From Candidatus Beckwithbacteria bacterium (GTDB lineage: Bacteria; Patescibacteriota; Microgenomatia; UBA1400; CG1-02-47-37), in contig JAZDKF010000012.1 of assembly GCA_043803225.1 (NCBI GenBank), positions 54,143 to 118,142 of the forward strand: DNA of 64,000 bases. Reading direction: 5' to 3'. A program made the translations under genes and the position numbers. Positions 57,981 through 64,000 of this stretch are shown here, one piece after another. The notes beneath the pieces were generated by a model. That model saw only the letters and a program-made list of their open reading frames with translations. It did no database searches and was not told the DNA's origin. Position 1 is the stretch's first letter. Every line of letters starts with the position of its first letter.

Positions 57981-58229
57981 TTATTTCTTTTTCGTCTGCT
58001 TCTTCAGTCTCATTAATCTGGACTTAAGCCTGGATGCCTTATTTTTATGAATGACTTTTTTCTTGGCGGCTTTATCTAAAGCCGAATAAGCCGCGGTTAT
58101 GGTTTTAGCCGTTTTTTCTTTTCTGGCGAGTTTTACTGCTAGGCGTAATTTTTCCCGGTAAAGATTATTTACCTGAGTTCTTTTTTTATCCTGCTTTAAT
58201 TTTTTTATGGCTGACTTAAGTATAGGCAT
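57981..58229 (-). CDS. rpsT: 30S ribosomal protein S20
   Basis: 82 aa, 'ILKSAIKKLKQDKKRTQVNNLYREKLR' S20 pattern. Confidence 0.85.
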   Translation of the reverse strand: MPILKSAIKKLKQDKKRTQVNNLYREKLRLAVKLARKEKTAKTITAAYSALDKAAKKKVIHKNKASRLKSRLMRLKKQTKKK

Positions 58230-58266
58230 GGTCTGTATTCTATATATTTGTTATACTCGCGTCAAG

Positions 58267-59901
58267 ATGGTTAGTACAATATTAAATCGCGGCCAAAGCT
58301 TGTTTAACCGGCGCCAGAGTAGCACCCTTTCTGCTGCCAGCATCTTAATGGCGGCGGTGTTTTTATCTAGGATTTTAGGTCTGCTCCGCGACCGGTTTTT
58401 AGCCGGCGCCTTTTTTGATGCCACTACATCCTGGCAGCTGGATATCTACTTTGCCGCCTTTCGGCTTCCCGATATGATTTTTCAGCTTCTGGTAGTCGGC
58501 GCTCTTTCGGCTGCTTTTATTCCGGTTTTTTCTAAGTATTTATTTAAAAAACAAACTGAGGCTTGGCATATTGCCTCTAGTGTTATTACCATTGGTCTGG
58601 TTTTATTTCTTATCCTGGGTTCGGTCTTGGCGATTTTTAGTCTGCCTTTAAGCCGTTTAATTGCCCCTTCGTTTACCCCTGCCAATCTGCAGTTAATGGC
58701 CAATTTAACCCGGGTCTTAATTCTGGCCCAGGCTTTTTTCTTAATCTCTAACTTTTTAACCGGAATTTTACAATCGCATCACTACTTTTTAGTTCCAGCC
58801 TTAGCCCCGGTCGCTTATAACTTAGGCATTATCTTCGGCACAGTTTGTTTAAGCCCGATTTTAGGGATTTACGGTCCGGCTGTCGGCGTTATTCTTGGTG
58901 CCTTTCTTCATTTTTTAGTTCAAGTGCCTTTAACTAAAAGTCTCGGCTTTCGCTATCAGCCAATTATTGACCTTCATCACCCCGGTGTTCGCCGCATTGG
59001 CCGCTTAATGCTGCCGCGGGCGATTGCCTTAGCTGTCAGCCAGATTGAACTGACCGTGGCGGTGTTCTTGGCCACTTCTTTGCCTGCCGGTTCTTTGGCC
59101 ATCTTTTACTTTGCCCAACATTTAAATGCTCTGCCGGTGGGTTTATTTGGCGCCACTATCGGTCAGGCCGCTCTGCCAAGCTTAGCCCAAAACTTTTCCG
59201 TTAAGTCTTTTCTGGCTTCCTTAAACCAAGTTCTTTATTTAAGTCTTCCCGCTGGCATGATTCTTTTAATTCTTCGGCTGCCGATTGTCCGCTTGGCTTT
59301 TGGTACTAAAAACTTTCCTTGGCAAGCCACTCTTTTAACTGGTCAAGCCGTCGCTTTGTTTGCCGTCTCCGTTTTTGCCCAGGCCGCTATTCAAATTTTA
59401 GTTCGCGGCTTTTACGCTCTGTCAAACACCCGCACTCCGCTTTATTTGGCCGCAGTGGCCGTCTTTACCAACGTAGCTTTAAGCTTTGTTTTTGTTTATT
59501 CTTTTGGCTTAGGAATTTTAGGCTTAGCCTTAGCCTTGTCTATTGCCAGCTTTATCCACTCTGGCCTGCTGCTTTTCTTTCTCGCCCGCCAAGTCAATGG
59601 CTTTCCCCGGCCCGACCTGCTTATTCCTTTTATCAAAATGTCTTTTGCTGCTTTAATTACCGGCTTTAGTCTTTGGGTGCCCTTGCGCCTTCTAGACCGC
59701 TATATCTTAAACACCACCAAAACCTTAGATTTGATTATCCTTAGTTTAATTACCGGCTTGATTGGTTTTAGTGTTTACTTACTGCTATCTAAACTATTAA
59801 AAATTAAAGAATTGGACAGTTTTCTTGGGTTAATAAAACGATTTTTGCACTTGCCCAAACTTTTATCTCAAACCGACCAGATCCTTAATAATGAACTCTA
59901 A
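58267..59901 (+). CDS. murJ: lipid II flippase MurJ
   Basis: 'AASILMAAVFLSRILGLLRDRFLAGAF...' MurJ/MviN N-terminus, 14 TM. Start set at MVSTIL (ATG 58267). Confidence 0.85.
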   Translation: MVSTILNRGQSLFNRRQSSTLSAASILMAAVFLSRILGLLRDRFLAGAFFDATTSWQLDIYFAAFRLPDMIFQLLVVGALSAAFIPVFSKYLFKKQTEAWHIASSVITIGLVLFLILGSVLAIFSLPLSRLIAPSFTPANLQLMANLTRVLILAQAFFLISNFLTGILQSHHYFLVPALAPVAYNLGIIFGTVCLSPILGIYGPAVGVILGAFLHFLVQVPLTKSLGFRYQPIIDLHHPGVRRIGRLMLPRAIALAVSQIELTVAVFLATSLPAGSLAIFYFAQHLNALPVGLFGATIGQAALPSLAQNFSVKSFLASLNQVLYLSLPAGMILLILRLPIVRLAFGTKNFPWQATLLTGQAVALFAVSVFAQAAIQILVRGFYALSNTRTPLYLAAVAVFTNVALSFVFVYSFGLGILGLALALSIASFIHSGLLLFFLARQVNGFPRPDLLIPFIKMSFAALITGFSLWVPLRLLDRYILNTTKTLDLIILSLITGLIGFSVYLLLSKLLKIKELDSFLGLIKRFLHLPKLLSQTDQILNNEL

Positions 59902-61684
59902 TCTTGCCTTGATTCGAAACTTCTGCGTTATCAGCCACATTGATCATGGTAAAACTACCCTAACCGACCGTTTTTTAGAACTGACTCATACTTTATCCTC
60001 ATCTAAGCTCAAAGAGCGGATTTTAGACTCCAATCCCATTGAACAGGAACGGGGGATTACGATTAAACTCGCTCCGGTCAGGCTGAAATATACCCTAAAT
60101 TCAAAAGTCTATCAGCTTAATCTTATCGACACTCCCGGCCATGTTGATTTTTCTTACGAAGTTTCCCGCTCCTTGGCGGCTTGTGAAGGCGCCATCCTTT
60201 TAGTTGATGCCACTCAGGGAATTCAAGCCCAAACTCTGGCCAATGCCAACTTAGCTTTAGCCAGTGGTCTGGAATTAATTCCGGTGATTAATAAAATCGA
60301 TATTCCCAACTTAGATCTTGATCAAATCAGCCGTCAGCTTCAGGATACTTTTGGTTTTACTCAACCAGAAATTATTTTTGTCTCTGCCAAAACCGGTCAA
60401 AACGTAGTTCAATTAATTGAAGCGGTAATCGACCGCCTGCCCCCGCCCCAAGGCGATGCCCAGGCTCCGCTTCAAGCTTTAATTTTTAACTCTTTTTACC
60501 ATTCTCACCACGGCGTCATTGCCTCGGTCCGGCTGGTTAACGGCCAGGTTGTAAAAAACCAAACTTTAAAGTTTTTTTCAAACCTTACCAGCTTTAAACC
60601 CGTGGATATCGGCTACTACGCGCCAATCTTTAAATCAGTTGACCGCTTAACTAGCGGTGAAGTTGGCTTTATCGCCACCGGCTTAAAAGACATTTCCCTT
60701 TGCCGGGTTGGCGACACCTTGACTACGGTTGATCATCCGACCGCCGCCCCACTGCCCGGTTATCACGAACCTCAACCAGTAGTTTATATGGATTTTTATC
60801 CTCTAGAGAATCATGACTTTTTTAAATTAAAAACTTCCCTGGAGAAATTCTGCCTTATCGACTCCAGCTTGCATTACTCGCTGGTTAACTCATCAATATT
60901 AGGCAGTGGCTATAAAATCGGCTTTCAGGGTTTGCTTCATGCTGAAATTGTCCAGGAACGTTTAGAGCGCGAGTTTGGCCTGGAGCTGATTACTACCAGC
61001 CCTTCAGTCGAATACCAGGTCGAGTTAAAGAAAAAAAACCAAAAAGTTTCGCTCTTTTCCCCGGCTGACTTTCCTGATCCGTCATTAATTTCTCAAAGCT
61101 TTGAACCGTTTATTGAAATTACCCTTTTTACCCCGATTACTTACTTAGGCCCGGTCATGGATCTTGCCTCTGACTACCGTTCTAAGTTAATCTCCCAGGA
61201 ATTTTTCTCCTCTCAGGTTAAGCTGGTTTATTCTATGCCTTTACAGGAGTTAATCAGTGGCTTTTTTGATGCTCTCAAGTCCGTCTCTTCAGGCTTTGCC
61301 AGCTTAAACTGGCAGTTTAAAGGCTTTGTTTTAAGCGACATTGTTAAGCTGGAAGTTTGGCTTAACCGCCAGGTGATAGAACCTTTATCAGTGTTAACCA
61401 TTCGTTCCAAAGCTCAAAAACTGGCCCTGTCTTTAGCTAAAAAATTAAAATCCGCTCTGCCGCGCCAGCAGTTTGAAGTTCCGATTCAGGTCGCCTTGGG
61501 CGGTAAAGTCTTAGCCCGCGAAACCCTAAAAGCTTATCGTAAAGATGTCACTGTTAAACTCCACGCCTCCGATTTAAGCCGCAAAGCCAAGCTTTTGGAA
61601 AAACAGAAAAAAGGCAAAAAAAGACTGAAGGCCTTTGGCCGGGTCACCCTCAATCAGGACGCTTTTTTAGCGGTTATTCGTTAA
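59891..61684 (+). CDS. lepA: elongation factor 4 (LepA)
   Basis: 'IRNFCVISHIDHGKTTLTDR', 'DTPGHVDF', LepA-specific C-terminal domain. Confidence 0.95.
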   Translation: MNSNLALIRNFCVISHIDHGKTTLTDRFLELTHTLSSSKLKERILDSNPIEQERGITIKLAPVRLKYTLNSKVYQLNLIDTPGHVDFSYEVSRSLAACEGAILLVDATQGIQAQTLANANLALASGLELIPVINKIDIPNLDLDQISRQLQDTFGFTQPEIIFVSAKTGQNVVQLIEAVIDRLPPPQGDAQAPLQALIFNSFYHSHHGVIASVRLVNGQVVKNQTLKFFSNLTSFKPVDIGYYAPIFKSVDRLTSGEVGFIATGLKDISLCRVGDTLTTVDHPTAAPLPGYHEPQPVVYMDFYPLENHDFFKLKTSLEKFCLIDSSLHYSLVNSSILGSGYKIGFQGLLHAEIVQERLEREFGLELITTSPSVEYQVELKKKNQKVSLFSPADFPDPSLISQSFEPFIEITLFTPITYLGPVMDLASDYRSKLISQEFFSSQVKLVYSMPLQELISGFFDALKSVSSGFASLNWQFKGFVLSDIVKLEVWLNRQVIEPLSVLTIRSKAQKLALSLAKKLKSALPRQQFEVPIQVALGGKVLARETLKAYRKDVTVKLHASDLSRKAKLLEKQKKGKKRLKAFGRVTLNQDAFLAVIR

Positions 61685-63043
61685 GCTGATTCTGATGATT
61701 TCATTAACTCCCATTAATACCGAACCGGTCCACGTCCCTTGAGTGATTTGAACCTTCCGGCTTTCCGCGTTCCCATTAAAATTTTCAATCACTACTTCGT
61801 AAGCTCCCGGTGCCAGGTTTTTAATGATCACCGGCACAGTTTCGGTGTGGAAATTATTGGCATCATAATTAACCAAATCTACCTGAATCTTGTCGCCCCT
61901 TTTACTCCCCACTCCCTTAACAAAACTGCCCTCGCCGGTTAAGTACAACCGGATATCTCCTAACTGATTTAACCAGCTAAAGACCTTATATCTTGGTTTG
62001 GCTACTAAGCCGGTACTCTCATGACTCAACAGCCCAAACCTGCCCCAGAAAGTTTTCCCTTCACTGTCTAGCCCGTCCACAATCTCAAAACTAAACGCCT
62101 TGCTGATCCCGCCTAGCATTTCTATCACACTGGCAACCGTATGGCTTGCTCCGAAGTTATTGTCATAACCAGGATTGTTTTTTGCATCCAAGCCCCACTC
62201 AGTCACAATCTTTTCCTTTAACGCCAGCTTTGGGTAGCTTTGCATCAACTGGTTAACTGTTTCAATGTCGTCGTTGAACTCCTCCGGCCTCAGGCTGTAC
62301 CGGTGCCAGGAGATAAAATCTAAGCGCAAATTTTCCTCATTAACTAATCTAAACACTGCCTCAATCCAGTTCCGGTACATTCCCGTTGTTCCCGGTCCTC
62401 CCAGTTTAAAGCTTAATACCTCAACAGCTTGTTCTGCTCCAAGGGCTGTCTGGCGGTAAAGCTGGAGATAATCTTTATCTCTCCCAATCTTCCAATCACC
62501 GAATAAATCCGGTTCATTCCAAACCTCATAGTAAACTTTATCGATGTTTTTTCCCTTTTTACCCGAATAGTGTTCAATGGTTGCCTTGACTAATGTCTGC
62601 CACTCGTTCCAGTCGCTTGGCTGGTCAGTCACGCCGCTTCCTAAAGCCGGCGGCATATATGATAAAGCCAGTAACGGTTTTGCCCCCATCTTTAAAATCG
62701 CCTCCACTTCTTTATCCAGTTTTTCCCAGTTAAACCTTAAACTCCCATTATCTTTCTCCACCACTGAATAAAAATCATAAATATGGTCAATTCTGATATA
62801 ACTGGGGGATAAAGCTCTCATGGCGGTGATTGTTGGTGCCAGCATGCCGTTGCTGCTTTCTCCGCCTTGAGCAAAATTCGTCCAAGGTCTGGGCATCGGC
62901 CCTAACTGCCTGTCAGCTTCGACCACAATCTCAGCCTTTTTCCCGGTTGCCTCTGATAATAGTTGACTGACTTTTGCCCCCAAATCTAAACTTAATCCCA
63001 AAGCCACTAATAATAGTATTAATCCGGCAATTTTTAACTTCAT
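61667..63043 (-). CDS. secreted glycoside hydrolase, clan GH-A TIM barrel (GH39/GH5-like)
   Basis: Signal peptide 'MKLKIAGLILLLVALGLSL'. Catalytic acid/base-type 'VYYEVWNEPDL'. Confidence 0.5.
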   Translation of the reverse strand: MKLKIAGLILLLVALGLSLDLGAKVSQLLSEATGKKAEIVVEADRQLGPMPRPWTNFAQGGESSNGMLAPTITAMRALSPSYIRIDHIYDFYSVVEKDNGSLRFNWEKLDKEVEAILKMGAKPLLALSYMPPALGSGVTDQPSDWNEWQTLVKATIEHYSGKKGKNIDKVYYEVWNEPDLFGDWKIGRDKDYLQLYRQTALGAEQAVEVLSFKLGGPGTTGMYRNWIEAVFRLVNEENLRLDFISWHRYSLRPEEFNDDIETVNQLMQSYPKLALKEKIVTEWGLDAKNNPGYDNNFGASHTVASVIEMLGGISKAFSFEIVDGLDSEGKTFWGRFGLLSHESTGLVAKPRYKVFSWLNQLGDIRLYLTGEGSFVKGVGSKRGDKIQVDLVNYDANNFHTETVPVIIKNLAPGAYEVVIENFNGNAESRKVQITQGTWTGSVLMGVNEIIRISLTNNR

Positions 63044-63077
63044 TCACTCATTATATCAATAAGCTCTTGACACCTGC

Positions 63078-63104
63078 TTAGCAGTCGTGGTAGCATACTG
63101 CTAA
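63078..63104. promoter_or_regulatory. CIRCE element overlapping hrcA promoter
   Basis: TTAGCAGTC-N9-TACTGCTAA inverted repeat. 'ttgaca' -35 at 63067-63072 and 'tagcat' -10-like element inside the spacer. Confidence 0.55.
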
Positions 63105-63105
63105 T

Positions 63106-63831
63106 ATGAATTTAACTGATAGGCAAGCGCATATTCTAAAAGCCGTCATTGACGAATTTACTTCTACTGCTGAACCTGTCGGCAGCGTTACCCTGGAAAA
63201 AAAATATAACCTCGGCATCTCTCCGGCCACAATTCGCAATGAAATGATGGCCCTTACCAAATCCGGCTTTTTAAAACAGCCCCATACCTCAGCCGGCCGC
63301 ATCCCTACCCCGGTTGCCCTGAAATACTACATCCGCGAACTGGTTAAAGAAGAAGAACTGTCTGTGGCTGACGAAGTCGCGGTTAAGGAAAAAGTCTGGG
63401 ACAACCGTTTTCAGATCGAAAAAACTTTGCAAACTCTGACTAAAGCCTTGGCTGATAAAACCAAAACTTTGGCCGTTGCTTGTACTTCTACCGGCGGCCT
63501 GTTTCATTCCGGCGCCGGCCACATTTTAGACAATCCTGAGTTCTATGATATTGATGTTGCCCGGGAAGTTTTATCTATGGTTGATGAATTCAACCAGATA
63601 AACTCAATTTTTTCCAAAGCCAGCGGTGATGATCCAATTCATATTTTAGTCGGTGATGATTTTGACATCGACCTTTTCGAATCCTTAAGCATGGTTTTCG
63701 TTGACTTTTCTTCTCCTAAACTTTCCGGTTCATTAGGCGTTATCGGTCCCTCCCGCTTGGCTTATCAAAGTATCGTCCCGACTGTCCGTTACTTCGGTAA
63801 CTTAATTACTGAAATTTCTCAAAATTGGTAA
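63106..63831 (+). CDS. hrcA: heat-inducible transcription repressor HrcA (short form)
   Basis: 'MNLTDRQAHILKAVIDEFTSTAEPVGSVTLEKKYNLGISPATIRNEMMALT' wHTH. hrcA-grpE synteny. Confidence 0.85.
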   Translation: MNLTDRQAHILKAVIDEFTSTAEPVGSVTLEKKYNLGISPATIRNEMMALTKSGFLKQPHTSAGRIPTPVALKYYIRELVKEEELSVADEVAVKEKVWDNRFQIEKTLQTLTKALADKTKTLAVACTSTGGLFHSGAGHILDNPEFYDIDVAREVLSMVDEFNQINSIFSKASGDDPIHILVGDDFDIDLFESLSMVFVDFSSPKLSGSLGVIGPSRLAYQSIVPTVRYFGNLITEISQNW

Positions 63832-63835
63832 AAAT

Positions 63836-64000
63836 ATGTCTAAATTATCCAAAAATCAGCTCTTAGAAAATCAACTTAAACGGACTTTAGCCGACTATCA
63901 AAACCTGCAAAAACGAATCGTCAGCGATCAGGTCGAATTCGTTAAATTCGCTAATGCCTCCCTAATCTCCAAACTGCTGCCGATTTTAGATGATTTAAAG
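63836..64000 (+). CDS. grpE: nucleotide exchange factor GrpE (5' partial, runs off window)
   Basis: 'LKRTLADYQNLQKRIVSDQVEFVKFANASLISKLLPILDDL' GrpE N-terminal coiled-coil region. Confidence 0.8.
   Translation, partial: MSKLSKNQLLENQLKRTLADYQNLQKRIVSDQVEFVKFANASLISKLLPILDDLK

Overview
I read this window as a chromosomal segment spanning the replication origin of a small-genome bacterium. The gene content (short or minimal aaRS and HrcA, monoderm-type envelope genes, type IV pilus PilN/PilO, many GT-C glycosyltransferases) is most consistent with a Candidate Phyla Radiation (Patescibacteria)-like organism; that taxonomic placement is an inference. The core is standard: divergent dnaA-dnaN and rpmH-rnpA-yidD-yidC-jag units with DnaA-box clusters between them, then ruvCAB, groESL and hrcA-grpE (both preceded by CIRCE-like inverted repeats), valS, metG-tatD, lepA, murJ, rpsT, rplY, two UvrD-type helicases and a candidate tRNA-Cys. 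Three envelope-glycan regions sit between these housekeeping genes. The first is an SDR-epimerase::DUF4012-like fusion. The second is a polyprenyl-phosphate cassette with UbiA-like and WecA-like transferases, a GT-C protein and a processive GT2 carrying QxxRW. The third is a protein-O-mannosylation-like cassette (LCP, two GT-C, PMT/GT39, Dpm1-like GT2) that ends convergently on two paralogous Cys-rich membrane proteins with SPSPSP / poly-Pro tracts, followed by a pilN-pilO operon carrying an FN3/Ig-like surface protein. The most unusual unexplained elements are a recently duplicated tandem pair of unknown proteins plus an orphan gene in the slot directly downstream of dnaN, and the Cys-module/Ser-Pro-repeat proteins whose DNA is built from short in-frame tandem repeats.
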